Shown here: piece after piece, positions 8,449 through 18,260 of the stretch
How positions within the stretch are numbered: position 1 is the stretch's first letter
Layout: every line of letters starts with the position of its first letter
Assembly: GCA_017508875.1 (NCBI GenBank)
Contig: JAFWQX010000175.1
Span: 1-60,870 of the forward strand
Reading direction: 5' to 3'
Length of the DNA stretch: 60,870 nucleotides
DNA from: Clostridia bacterium
GTDB taxonomy: Bacteria; Bacillota; Clostridia; UBA1212; UBA1255
Translations under genes and position numbers: made by a program
The notes under the pieces: model-generated
What the model was told of the DNA's origin: nothing
Database searches by the model: none
Seen by the model: the letters and a program-made list of their open reading frames with translations, nothing else

Positions 8449-10431
8449 ATGGATATAGAGATCAAAGTAACAAAATCATACGGTCAGTCTCAATCTGCGG
8501 TAAGCAGTTTTACGCGCTTCTCAGACGCGTATCTTCTTATGGATACTGTCGTTGACATACGCGAAACGGCAGTTGACGGAGAATACGTGATCTATATTCA
8601 GCCGGTCAATGACATTGCCCTTCGCTCCGTCGAACTCTCTTTTGAATTCGATCCTGCCGGAGCATACATTTACAACAACGGCGCTTCCGCTTCGGACAAT
8701 GCAGCTGTTATGGCTGCTGATATTCCGCTTCCGTTTTCTCGCGACGTTTTTATGGCGGCTAATTATGATTTTGATACGGAAGGTAAAGCTTTCGTGCTTA
8801 ATCTTGGATTCACTTCTTTTGAACGCTTTTTTACTTATTTCACTTACGTTCCCGGGAGAGTTACTGCCGTTTATAATCTGGAGAACCGTCTGATCAGCGC
8901 CGGAACTATTCTCAGACTTGAAAATATAATGATCGACGATACGTTCTGCGCAGGACTTTTTCTTGAAAGCCTCTCCGAATCGATCACGCGAAAGCAGAAA
9001 ATAAAGAGGAATGATACATCGCTGTTTGCGTGGCACTCCGGATCCGGCTCCGCAGTTCACGACGGAGATATCAAGGCACTTGAACGGCTGGCAGAAGGCA
9101 AAGACGTGTGTAAAGCAATATTGATTGACGGCGGCTGGCAGACGGGAGGGGAGTATTCATGCATCCTTGAACCGGAAAGGGAACTGTACCCCGACGGTAT
9201 AGATGCAGTTTTGCAGAGCCTTGCTGACAACGGCTTCAAAGCCGGCATTACTTATGCTCCTGCTCTGATTTCAGAAGAATCTCCCAAATTCAAAGACTAT
9301 AACTACAGACTTTACAGCGACAGGAATTATATTCCTTCGTTTGAAAACGTTTATCCTATGAATCCGGCGTCACAGGACGTTCAAACCGAAACGTTCGGTT
9401 TTATTAAAAACGCCGTTTCGAACTGGAATGCCGGAATTCTTAAACTTGATCATCTCGGCGCTTTGCTTAGAAGAGACGCATCTTCTTTTTCTCCTGTAGT
9501 ATATCAGCGCGATTATTCCGTCGGACTTCTGCGAAGATTCCTTAAAGGGATAAGAAACGCTGCAGGTCCTGATACGTTTATGCTCGTTTCCGGGCTTTTC
9601 GGTGAATGCGCGGGAATAGCTGATGGGATTACATTGAGCGAAGAGCGTATCGATGAAGCCGCTGCTTCAAATATAGCGGACGGCGCCGGGACCTGGAATG
9701 CTGTACGTGCCGCGATCCTGAATATGTTGTATAAATCTTTCTATAATTATACTGTATATAGGTCTTTCGGCGCTGAACTGACCGCTTCTGATAAAATATC
9801 AGACGATGAATTTCAAATGCTCGCAGTCACGAGCGCTTTTTGCGGCGGGAACGTATTGACTGCGGGGGATGCTGATAAGTTCAACGAATTCAGACGGTCG
9901 ATCATATCTAAAATATTGCCCCCCGGCGGAATTTCCGTAAGACCACTGGACCATATGGAATATCCGTGCTGCACACATGCTTCTTGCATTGTGCCGGATA
10001 AGTCCGTCCGTACCGAAATACACCTGCTTTATAATTTTGACGATTTTGACGATACACGCATACTTAAAGTCTCAGAACCTTCTGTTTTTGTAGATATGCT
10101 CTCCGGGAAGCTGATCTCTTCCGGCAGGGCGTACGTTTCCGTCAATATCCGTCCTCATTCCGCCGTACCTGTACTCGTAAAATATATGCCTGAATATCCC
10201 GCGCTGCTCTGGACAAATGATAACGTATACTGCGGCTGCGTCAATACTTCGGATCTCTTTTTCTCTGACACTTTGATAATCACTTCTGACGCTCCGAAAG
10301 GGACCGAATTTAATATCTACGTGCCTTACGGGAGGAGCGGTGACGTATTCGTCAATGAAAAGAAGCTCCGACTCGATCTGCTGAAGGTTACCGATCTCGG
10401 AGAAGGCTCTATTTTCACCTACGTACAGTGA
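8449..10431 (+). CDS. Divergent GH36/GH27-clan (alpha-galactosidase-like) TIM-barrel protein
   Basis: ILIDGGWQ (cf. IDDGWQ), YPDGI, GFKAGITYAP, LKLDHL (nucleophile Asp position), ML/FCGG-like segment; no signal peptide. Confidence 0.55.
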   Translation: MDIEIKVTKSYGQSQSAVSSFTRFSDAYLLMDTVVDIRETAVDGEYVIYIQPVNDIALRSVELSFEFDPAGAYIYNNGASASDNAAVMAADIPLPFSRDVFMAANYDFDTEGKAFVLNLGFTSFERFFTYFTYVPGRVTAVYNLENRLISAGTILRLENIMIDDTFCAGLFLESLSESITRKQKIKRNDTSLFAWHSGSGSAVHDGDIKALERLAEGKDVCKAILIDGGWQTGGEYSCILEPERELYPDGIDAVLQSLADNGFKAGITYAPALISEESPKFKDYNYRLYSDRNYIPSFENVYPMNPASQDVQTETFGFIKNAVSNWNAGILKLDHLGALLRRDASSFSPVVYQRDYSVGLLRRFLKGIRNAAGPDTFMLVSGLFGECAGIADGITLSEERIDEAAASNIADGAGTWNAVRAAILNMLYKSFYNYTVYRSFGAELTASDKISDDEFQMLAVTSAFCGGNVLTAGDADKFNEFRRSIISKILPPGGISVRPLDHMEYPCCTHASCIVPDKSVRTEIHLLYNFDDFDDTRILKVSEPSVFVDMLSGKLISSGRAYVSVNIRPHSAVPVLVKYMPEYPALLWTNDNVYCGCVNTSDLFFSDTLIITSDAPKGTEFNIYVPYGRSGDVFVNEKKLRLDLLKVTDLGEGSIFTYVQ

Positions 10432-10449
10432 GCTTTTATACTTTAAACC

Positions 10450-10484
10450 GGCTCACTTCAGCCTCGCTTCAGCCTCACTTCAGC
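10450..10484 (+). repeat. Three tandem 11-bp direct repeats upstream of the hydrogenase promoter
   Basis: GGCTCACTTCA / GCCTCGCTTCA / GCCTCACTTCA at 10450, 10461 and 10472. Confidence 0.9.
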
Positions 10485-10502
10485 GCTTTTCAAAAAAATT
10501 TC

Positions 10503-10531
10503 TTGAATAAGGTTTAGTATGATGTTATAAT
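10503..10531 (+). promoter_or_regulatory. sigmaA promoter of the hydrogenase operon
   Basis: TTGAAT-N17-TATAAT with extended -10 TG and an upstream A-tract. Confidence 0.75.
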
Positions 10532-10579
10532 AATTAGAGTGCGTGAATGCATTACAAAACAACTAGGAGGTTTATTCAT

Positions 10580-11059
10580 ATGGGTGTTGATTGCGGAAAC
10601 TGCTCTGACGAAAAGAGCAGGAAGCTCCTTGCGGTAATAGAGGCCGAAAAGGATAATCCGGGCTCTCTCATCAGAATTCTTCATGAGGCTCAGGAAATCT
10701 ACGGTTATCTTCCTATCGAAGTCCAGAAGTTCGTTGCCGATAATACAGGCATACCGCTTGCTGAAATTTACGGAGTGGTAACGTTTTATGCTCAGTTCTC
10801 GCTTAAGCCGAAGGGCCAGAATAAGATCAACGTCTGCCTCGGTACTGCCTGCTACGTTAAAGGTGCAGAAGGAATTCTTGACAGACTTAAGAAAGAACTT
10901 AATATGGACGTCGGCGATTGCACGGAAGACGGAAAATTCTCTCTTGATGCGTGCCGCTGTGTCGGTGCATGCGGTCTTGCTCCCGTAATAATGATAAATG
11001 ACGACTGCTACGGACGTCTGGTACCCGATCAGGTTCCCGGCATTCTTGCAAAGTATTGA
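10580..11059 (+). CDS. hydC: [FeFe]-hydrogenase NuoE-like [2Fe-2S] subunit (HydC/HndA)
   Basis: LHEAQEIYGYLP, GVVTFYAQF, VCLGTACYVKG, CRCVGACGLAP. Start moved to ATG 10580 (AGGAGG SD). Confidence 0.93.
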   Translation: MGVDCGNCSDEKSRKLLAVIEAEKDNPGSLIRILHEAQEIYGYLPIEVQKFVADNTGIPLAEIYGVVTFYAQFSLKPKGQNKINVCLGTACYVKGAEGILDRLKKELNMDVGDCTEDGKFSLDACRCVGACGLAPVIMINDDCYGRLVPDQVPGILAKY

Positions 11060-11068
11060 TCATAAAAA

Positions 11069-11629
11069 ATGCTGAGAGATATATCACTGCATATACACGA
11101 TCTTACTGAAAATTCAATTGCCGCAGGCGCCCGGCTTGTTTCTATAAAACTTGTCGCCGAAAACGGAATGCTTACGCTTGAGATAGGCGATAACGGTAAA
11201 GGGATGAGTCCCGAAATGCTGTCTCGTGTGGAAGATCCTTTTACGACGAGCCGCGCAGAACGTAAAGTCGGAATGGGGATACCTTTTTTTAAGCTTGCGT
11301 GCGAGCAGGCAGGCGGCGATTTTAAGATCACTTCCGAACCCGGAAAAGGGACGGAATTAAGAGGCAGATTCGTTATCGATAATATCGACAGGCTTCCTTT
11401 GGGAGACATAGGCGAAACAGTAGGAATGCTGATATATGAAAGTCCTGATCTGCATTATATCGTCACTTTAAAAACGTCCGACGATGAATTCGTATTCGAT
11501 ACGGACGAAGTGCGTGAGCAGCTTGAAGGAACGCCGATAAACGATTTTGAGATCGTGCAGTGGATCAAAGAGTACATAAATGAGGGTGTTTCAAATATTT
11601 TCGGAGGTGTATTAGATGAAATCACTTGA
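11069..11629 (+). CDS. Stand-alone HATPase_c (GHKL, anti-sigma kinase-like) protein within the hyd operon
   Basis: N box DLTENS, G1 DNGKGM, F box DPFTTSR, G2 GMG; no HisKA/phospho-acceptor domain. Confidence 0.85.
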   Translation: MLRDISLHIHDLTENSIAAGARLVSIKLVAENGMLTLEIGDNGKGMSPEMLSRVEDPFTTSRAERKVGMGIPFFKLACEQAGGDFKITSEPGKGTELRGRFVIDNIDRLPLGDIGETVGMLIYESPDLHYIVTLKTSDDEFVFDTDEVREQLEGTPINDFEIVQWIKEYINEGVSNIFGGVLDEIT

Positions 11630-11984
11630 AGAGTTAAGAGCTCTTAAAGCAAAAGTAAAAAATGACATGAGCCTTAGAGACGGCGCTGACGATACCCGCG
11701 TGGTAGTCGGAATGGCGACCTGCGGTATTGCCGCCGGTGCGAGACCCGTTATGAACGCATTTGTCGAAGAAGTAAGCAAACGCAACATCAAAAACGTTCA
11801 GGTCACTATGACCGGCTGCATGGGACTTTGCAGACTCGAACCAATCGTAGAAGTAATTGACAAAGACGGAAATAAAGTTACGTACGTAAAAATGAATGCC
11901 GAGAAAGCAGCGCGCGTCGTTGCCGAGCATCTTGTTAACGGTCACGTTGTCAGTGAATATACCATCGGAGCGACCGCTCAGTAA
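11616..11984 (+). CDS. Thioredoxin-like ferredoxin subunit (HndB/HydD-like)
   Basis: VVVGMATCGIAAGA and TGCMGLCRLEP; three Cys. Confidence 0.85.
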   Translation: MKSLEELRALKAKVKNDMSLRDGADDTRVVVGMATCGIAAGARPVMNAFVEEVSKRNIKNVQVTMTGCMGLCRLEPIVEVIDKDGNKVTYVKMNAEKAARVVAEHLVNGHVVSEYTIGATAQ

Positions 11985-11999
11985 ACTGGAGGGAAAGAC

Positions 12000-13790
12000 A
12001 TGCAAATTTACAGATCACACGTACTGGTTTGCTCCGGTACGGGATGTACAGCTTCAGGTTCCGCCGGACTTTTTGATGAGTTTGAGTCTCAGCTTAAAAC
12101 AAACGGCATCGAGAACGAAGTAAAAATCGTTAAAACCGGATGCTTCGGTCTTTGCGCCGAAGGTCCGATCGTAGTCGTCTATCCCGAGGGATCGATGTAC
12201 TGCAGAGTTAAAAAGGAAGACGTTGCCGAGATCGTATCCGAACATCTTCTTAAAGGCCGTATCGTAAAACGTCTGCTTCAGGGTAACGAAGAGCAGGCTA
12301 AAGCTGCGGATGCTGAGAATACCGATTTCTTTAAGAAGCAGCTCAGGATCGCCCTTAGAAACTGCGGTAAGATCAATCCTGAAAACATTGATGAATATAT
12401 TGCTGAAGACGGTTACGAAGCTCTCGGCAGAGTTATTACGACAATGACTCCCGAGCAGGTAATCGACATTATGCTTAAGTCCGGTCTTCGCGGACGCGGC
12501 GGCGCAGGATTCCCGACCGGAAGAAAATGGGATTTCGCAAGAAAGAGCGTATCTGATAAAAAGTACGTTTGCTGCAATGCCGACGAGGGCGACCCCGGTG
12601 CATTCATGGACAGATCAGTTCTGGAAGGCGACCCTCACGTGGTTCTCGAAGCTATGGCCATCGCAGGTTATGCTATCGGTTCCGACCAGGGTTATATTTA
12701 TGTCCGTGCTGAATATCCTATCGCAGTTAAGAGACTCGAGATCGCTATTAAGCAGGCTAAAGAGTACGGCCTTCTCGGTAAGAACATTCTCGGTACGGAT
12801 TTCTCTTTCGATATCGAACTTAGACTTGGCGCAGGCGCTTTCGTTTGCGGCGAGGAAACCGCTCTTATGACTTCTATCGAAGGTCACCGCGGCGAACCCA
12901 GACCGAGACCTCCGTTCCCGGCCGTTAAAGGTCTGTTCCAGCAGCCTACGATCCTCAACAACGTTGAAACTTATGCAAACGTTCCGCGCATCATCCTCAA
13001 CGGTGCAGAGTGGTTCTCTTCGATCGGTTCCGAACGCAGCAAAGGTACGAAAGTATTTGCTGTAGGCGGTAAGATCAATAACACCGGCCTTGTAGAGATT
13101 CCTATGGGCACGACGCTTCGCGAAGTCGTTTACGATATCGGCGGCGGCATCCCCAACGGAAAGAAATTCAAAGCCGCTCAAACCGGCGGACCTTCCGGCG
13201 GCTGTATTCCTGCAAGCCTGATCGACACTCCAATCGAATACGATACACTTATTGAAATCGGTTCGATGATGGGTTCCGGCGGACTTATCGTTATGGACGA
13301 AGATACCTGTATGGTAGACCTCGCTAAATTCTTCCTTTCCTTCACGGTCGAAGAATCCTGCGGTAAATGCCCTCCGTGCCGTATCGGTACAAAGAGGATG
13401 TACGACATACTCGAAAAGATCACGAGCGGAAAAGGCGAGCTCTCCGATATTGACGACCTGTACGCCCTTGCAAGCGCGATAAAGAATTCGGCGCTGTGCG
13501 GACTCGGTCAGACCGCTCCAAACCCCGTTCTCAGCACACTTCGCTACTTTAAAGACGAATATATTGCCCACGTAGTGGATAAGAAGTGTCCCGCAGGCGT
13601 CTGCAAGAATCTCCTTCAGTACAAGATCGTTGCCGACAAATGCCGCGGCTGCAGCCTGTGCTCGAAGAAATGCCCTGTCGGTTGTATCAGCGGCGAGATC
13701 AAGAAGCCGTTTGTGATCGACCAGTCCAAGTGTATCAAGTGCGGAACCTGTATGGATACATGTAAGTTCGGCGCTATCGTTAAGGAATAA
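12000..13790 (+). CDS. hydB: NADH/FMN-binding NuoF-like subunit (HydB/HndC)
   Basis: SGLRGRGGAGFPTG, NADEGDPGAFMDR, GAGAFVCGEETAL, ESCGKCPPCR; C-terminal 2x[4Fe-4S]. Confidence 0.96.
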   Translation: MQIYRSHVLVCSGTGCTASGSAGLFDEFESQLKTNGIENEVKIVKTGCFGLCAEGPIVVVYPEGSMYCRVKKEDVAEIVSEHLLKGRIVKRLLQGNEEQAKAADAENTDFFKKQLRIALRNCGKINPENIDEYIAEDGYEALGRVITTMTPEQVIDIMLKSGLRGRGGAGFPTGRKWDFARKSVSDKKYVCCNADEGDPGAFMDRSVLEGDPHVVLEAMAIAGYAIGSDQGYIYVRAEYPIAVKRLEIAIKQAKEYGLLGKNILGTDFSFDIELRLGAGAFVCGEETALMTSIEGHRGEPRPRPPFPAVKGLFQQPTILNNVETYANVPRIILNGAEWFSSIGSERSKGTKVFAVGGKINNTGLVEIPMGTTLREVVYDIGGGIPNGKKFKAAQTGGPSGGCIPASLIDTPIEYDTLIEIGSMMGSGGLIVMDEDTCMVDLAKFFLSFTVEESCGKCPPCRIGTKRMYDILEKITSGKGELSDIDDLYALASAIKNSALCGLGQTAPNPVLSTLRYFKDEYIAHVVDKKCPAGVCKNLLQYKIVADKCRGCSLCSKKCPVGCISGEIKKPFVIDQSKCIKCGTCMDTCKFGAIVKE

Positions 13791-13803
13791 TGGAGGCGGA
13801 AAT

Positions 13804-15558
13804 ATGAAAACAGTTAATATTAAAATTGATGGCGTAGCGCTCACCGTGCCCGAAGGTACCACTGTACTCGAAGCCGCAAGAATGGCTAACGTCTCTATAC
13901 CTACTCTGTGCTTCCTTAAAGATATCAACCAGATCGGCGCGTGCCGTATGTGCGTTGTTGAGATCAAGGGAGCCAGAGCGCTTCAGGCAGCCTGCGTTTA
14001 CCCCGTATCCGAAGGCCTCGAAGTTATCACCAATTCTCAGAAAGTCAGAGATGCCAGAAAAGTTACGCTGGAACTCATTCTTTCAAATCACGACCGTCAG
14101 TGCCTTACCTGCGTAAGATCCGAAAACTGCGAGCTTCAGAAGCTTTCCAAACAGCTCAACGTTAAGGACATTCGTTTCAAAGCGCTTACAGATAAAGAGA
14201 TGCAGCCCATCGATAACAGCTCCGCAAGTATCGTACGTAATAATAATAAGTGCGTGCTCTGCCGCCGCTGCGTGGCAGTCTGTCAGAAAGTCCAGACCGT
14301 ATCCGTTATCGAGACGATCGAGCGCGGTTTCCGCACCAGGATCGGCTGCGCATTCGATAAGCCTTTAGCTGAAACGTCCTGCGTAAACTGCGGACAGTGC
14401 ATCGCTGTATGCCCGGTCGGCGCACTTACCGAAAACACTCACATTCCGCAGGTCTGGAACGCTATCGCAGATCCGGACAAATACGTTGTTTTCCAGACGG
14501 CTCCCGCTGTACGCGCATCCATCGGCGAAGCATTCGGTCTCGCTATCGGCGAGCGCTGCACCGGTAAAATGGTATCCGCTATCCGCAGGCTCGGCGTTGA
14601 CAAGGTATTTGATACTGATACCGGCGCTGACCTTACGATCATGGAAGAGGGAACAGAGCTTTTAAACCGCATCAAGAACGGCGGAAAGCTTCCTCTCATC
14701 ACTTCCTGCAGCCCCGGCTGGATCAAGTTCTGCGAACATAACTATCCCGACTTCCTTGATAACCTTTCTTCCTGCAAATCTCCTCACCAGATGTTCGGCG
14801 CCGTACTTAAAACGTACTACGCACAGAAGATGGGCATCGATCCTGCTAAGATGTACGTCGTTTCCGTAATGCCTTGTACCGCAAAGAAGTTCGAGGCTCA
14901 GCGCGAAGAAATGAAGAACTCCTCCGGATACGTTGACGTCGACGCAGTTCTCACCACCAGAGAACTTGCCAGGATGATCGAAGAAGCCGGAATCGACTTC
15001 AAAGCTCTTCCCGATACTGATTTCGACGATCCTATGGGCAATGCTACCGGCGCAGGCGTTATTTTCGGCGCTACCGGCGGCGTTATGGAAGCTGCTCTTC
15101 GTACTGTTGCCGACGTGCTTACCGGCGAATCCGCTCCGATGGAGAAGATCGATTACCACGCGGTACGCGGTATCGAAGGTATCAAAGAAGCAGAAGTTGA
15201 AGTTGCAGGCATCAAAGTCAGACTCGCAGTCGCAAGCGGTCTCGGCAATGCACGCAAACTTCTTGACTCCATCCGCGCAGGAAAAGCTCAGTACGATTTC
15301 ATCGAGATCATGGCTTGCCCCGGCGGCTGCGTCAACGGCGGCGGTCAGATTATTCAGCCTTCCAGTGTCAGAAGCTGGACCGACCTCAGGACCGAGCGTG
15401 CTAAGATCCTTTATGATGAGGATAAAGCCCTTCCGCTTCGCAAATCGCACGATAACCCGATGATCAAAGAACTCTATGATGAATTCTACGGGAATCCCGG
15501 CAGCGAGAAAGCACACCACGATCTTCACACCCATTACATCGCAAGAGGAAAATATTGA
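13804..15558 (+). CDS. hydA: [FeFe]-hydrogenase catalytic subunit (group A3 architecture)
   Basis: H-cluster motifs TSCSPGW, MPCTAKKFE, EIMACPGGCVNGGG; N-terminal [2Fe-2S], His-ligated and 2x[4Fe-4S] domains. Confidence 0.97.
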   Translation: MKTVNIKIDGVALTVPEGTTVLEAARMANVSIPTLCFLKDINQIGACRMCVVEIKGARALQAACVYPVSEGLEVITNSQKVRDARKVTLELILSNHDRQCLTCVRSENCELQKLSKQLNVKDIRFKALTDKEMQPIDNSSASIVRNNNKCVLCRRCVAVCQKVQTVSVIETIERGFRTRIGCAFDKPLAETSCVNCGQCIAVCPVGALTENTHIPQVWNAIADPDKYVVFQTAPAVRASIGEAFGLAIGERCTGKMVSAIRRLGVDKVFDTDTGADLTIMEEGTELLNRIKNGGKLPLITSCSPGWIKFCEHNYPDFLDNLSSCKSPHQMFGAVLKTYYAQKMGIDPAKMYVVSVMPCTAKKFEAQREEMKNSSGYVDVDAVLTTRELARMIEEAGIDFKALPDTDFDDPMGNATGAGVIFGATGGVMEAALRTVADVLTGESAPMEKIDYHAVRGIEGIKEAEVEVAGIKVRLAVASGLGNARKLLDSIRAGKAQYDFIEIMACPGGCVNGGGQIIQPSSVRSWTDLRTERAKILYDEDKALPLRKSHDNPMIKELYDEFYGNPGSEKAHHDLHTHYIARGKY

Positions 15559-15608
15559 TAAATGTCCTTTCGAACATTGTCGGTAGTTTTCAGATGATTA
15601 TTTAGTGA

Positions 15609-15649
15609 TTCTCCCCGGATATGTAACTTTTTCCGGGGAGAGTTTTTTT
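15609..15649 (+). terminator. Intrinsic terminator after hydA
   Basis: CTCCCCGGA / TCCGGGGAG stem followed by GTTTTTTT. Confidence 0.8.
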
Positions 15650-15666
15650 AGGGAGCGATAATTGAC

Positions 15667-17508
15667 ATGATAAAAGGAAGCAGTAACCGCACGGTGAACA
15701 GTTATATGAAGATCCGCAAGTATAAGTTTATAGCACCGTTATTCGTTGTTATTTTATGCGTCGCTGCCGCAGCTCTGGCGCTTACGATCTGTTCTGCTGC
15801 AATTTCCGGAACATCCGCCGTTTCCGCAGAAGAGCAGCGCCTTACGGTATCGAAGACCGAATTTGAATACGGCGAGCCTATACTTATCACCGCATACGGA
15901 AAAGGACTCGACTGGGTCGGAATCTACGCACCTGACGGAACCGCATCGATCCTCTGGGTCTATATCGACGAAAACACGGCAGGCGGAGTAGGAAACGGCG
16001 TAGAGTTCGACATAATTGACCGCGGCGTTATAAATAACGGGGCGGAGTACGCAGATATAACGCCAGGAGAATATATTGTCCGACTTATGCCCGACAATAC
16101 GAGCGACCTTTCGAGAGCGATCGAAACGATTAAAATCAAAGTCATCGAACAATCCGGGCCCGCCGCTCTAAAACCACCGTCCGGAGCTGAATACACGCCG
16201 GCCGGGAACGGCTTTGCCGCCGGAACGCTCAAAGTCGAACTCCCTGAAGACTCGCAGGCTAAAGACGTGCAGCCGTACTGGGCAGACGGGAACGGCATCC
16301 TGTCCGATTATATGCCTCTCCCGAAATTCAAAGTCAAAAAGAACTCCGCAGTCTACGTCTTTCCCGAATCGGTAATAATACCCGAAGGAGCGACCGAACT
16401 GTGGATCTACACTCTCGGGAGGAACGGGAAACGCTCGGAAGAATGTTTCAAACTTACGCTGCCCGAAGGCTCTGATTTCAAAAACTCCCAAAAACCCGGA
16501 ACAGAATTCCAGGTCATAAGCGATATCCACATCACTCAGGATAACGCTCACGTTCATAATCAGCACTTCAGACTGGTCCTGGAAGACATCAGCAAACTGA
16601 GCCCCGAAAGTATCGGAATATTTATTGACGGCGATATCGCGGACACGGGCAATGAAGCCGAATATGAACTTATGACAGAAATGTATCAGGCGCAGTCCGG
16701 AATACCGCCGCTGTTTCTGGCAATAGGTAACCACGATCTTTACAACGGGACAATGGAAGAAAAGACTGCTCTCTTTCTTCGCTATGCTCAAAAAGCTGAC
16801 GGCACTCATCCGTCCGGGCTCCATTACGATTTCTATTTAAAAGGCTTCCATTTCGTGTTTCTGGGCAACGACGAGCTCGTCAGGGGTGTCGATACCACCC
16901 TGAACGAAAACACGCTTAAATGGCTTAAAAACGTGCTTGAAAAGGACCGCGACGCATCAAGGCCTGTATTTCTTTTCATTCATCAATCGCTTTACGATAC
17001 AGTCGCAGGCAGTCTGCCCGGTCAGAATTGGAACGGAGTACATAACGAAGATGCTTTCCGCGAACTGATCTACAATTATCCTGAGATCATTATGTTCAAC
17101 GGACACAGTCACTGGACGATGGACTCGGAAAGAAACGGATACATTCGTGAAGGATACCCGTCGATCTTTAATACGGCAGCGACTGCATATCTCTGGACGA
17201 GCTACAATATCATAACCGGCGAAAATCTTAACGGCAGCCAGGGCTATTATATTGAGATCTACGATGACATGATCATGATCAGGGGCAGGGATTTCGCAAA
17301 CGGTAAATGGATACCGGCAGCTCAATATTGCCTTACCGGCTACAGCGGACTTATATCCGGCTCATCGGAGACTTCAGAACGTAACACTTCCGGTGATTAC
17401 AAAAATATAATATTGCCCGTAATAATATGCTGCGCGGCAGCCGTCTTGATCGCCGCCGTCGTCCTCACTATTGTATTTGCAAAAAAAAGGAAAAAGAGTA
17501 TAATATAA
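15667..17508 (+). CDS. Secreted, C-terminally membrane-anchored calcineurin-like metallophosphoesterase
   Basis: N-terminal hydrophobic signal; SDIH, GDIAD, GNHD and GHSH motifs; C-terminal TM helix plus KKRKK. Confidence 0.85.
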   Translation: MIKGSSNRTVNSYMKIRKYKFIAPLFVVILCVAAAALALTICSAAISGTSAVSAEEQRLTVSKTEFEYGEPILITAYGKGLDWVGIYAPDGTASILWVYIDENTAGGVGNGVEFDIIDRGVINNGAEYADITPGEYIVRLMPDNTSDLSRAIETIKIKVIEQSGPAALKPPSGAEYTPAGNGFAAGTLKVELPEDSQAKDVQPYWADGNGILSDYMPLPKFKVKKNSAVYVFPESVIIPEGATELWIYTLGRNGKRSEECFKLTLPEGSDFKNSQKPGTEFQVISDIHITQDNAHVHNQHFRLVLEDISKLSPESIGIFIDGDIADTGNEAEYELMTEMYQAQSGIPPLFLAIGNHDLYNGTMEEKTALFLRYAQKADGTHPSGLHYDFYLKGFHFVFLGNDELVRGVDTTLNENTLKWLKNVLEKDRDASRPVFLFIHQSLYDTVAGSLPGQNWNGVHNEDAFRELIYNYPEIIMFNGHSHWTMDSERNGYIREGYPSIFNTAATAYLWTSYNIITGENLNGSQGYYIEIYDDMIMIRGRDFANGKWIPAAQYCLTGYSGLISGSSETSERNTSGDYKNIILPVIICCAAAVLIAAVVLTIVFAKKRKKSII

Positions 17509-17590
17509 AAGATGTATCTGCTGCGAAAGCATTTCCGGCATTTTACAGTAATGATACAAACTGAGCTAAGACAGGTATTGCGGCAATACG

Positions 17591-18211
17591 ATGAAAGAAT
17601 TGCGCGACTATAGAAAAGAAAATATAGAGAAAAGGGAAGTCAAACCCTCTGCGTTTTTGAATCCCGTTCCGCTCGTGATGTGTTCTTTGGGAGACATGGA
17701 ACACTCTAATATAATTACGCTCGCATGGGCAGGAACGGTGAATTCAGATCCTCCGATGATATCTGTATCTGTAAGGAAAAGCAGATATTCCCACCAGATG
17801 CTTAAGCTCGGCGGAGCTGTATGCGTAAATCTTGTTTCCGCCGGGATCGTGCGTGAAGCTGATCTTTGCGGAGTAAAATCGGGAAGGGATATTGATAAGT
17901 TCGCTGCTACAGGGTTTACTAAAGTGGCTTCTCCGGTTCACGGAGTTCCGATGATAGGAGAATCTCCCGTTAACATCGAATGTACGGTAAAACAAATAAT
18001 TGAACTCGGGTCGCATGATATGTTTTTGCTGAACATCGACGCGGTACACGTTGCCTCCGTCCTGTTCGACGAGAACGATGCTGTTGACCTCAGTAAAGCA
18101 CGCCTCGTGGCATACAGCCACGGCGAGTATTACGAACTTGGTAAAATACTTGGTTTTTACGGCTATTCTGTTGCAGGCGATGCCGCGCTGAAACGCAGGA
18201 CCAGAAAGTAA
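17591..18211 (+). CDS. Flavin reductase family (FMN split-barrel) protein
   Basis: PVPLVMCS, NIITLAWAG, SVRKSRYSH, CGVKSGRDIDKF, ELGSHDMF. Confidence 0.9.
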   Translation: MKELRDYRKENIEKREVKPSAFLNPVPLVMCSLGDMEHSNIITLAWAGTVNSDPPMISVSVRKSRYSHQMLKLGGAVCVNLVSAGIVREADLCGVKSGRDIDKFAATGFTKVASPVHGVPMIGESPVNIECTVKQIIELGSHDMFLLNIDAVHVASVLFDENDAVDLSKARLVAYSHGEYYELGKILGFYGYSVAGDAALKRRTRK

Positions 18212-18260
18212 TTCTGCCGTGTATGAGTACGCACGGTATAACGTGAAGAAGAGGATCGTT

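Noticed and set aside
10541-10558. Rex-like operator GCGTGAATGCATTACAAA at the hyd transcription start
   Set aside because: Only about 10 of 14 positions match TTGTGAA-N4-TTCACAA and the symmetry is poor. Biologically plausible but not supportable without a PWM scan.
12615-13967. Long antisense ORFs (450 aa here; also 14662-15534, 23063-24031, 27762-28433, 39685-40554, 55949-56689 and others)
   Set aside because: They are shadows of well-supported plus-strand genes, with no SD or recognisable motifs. They are expected from the codon bias of highly expressed genes.
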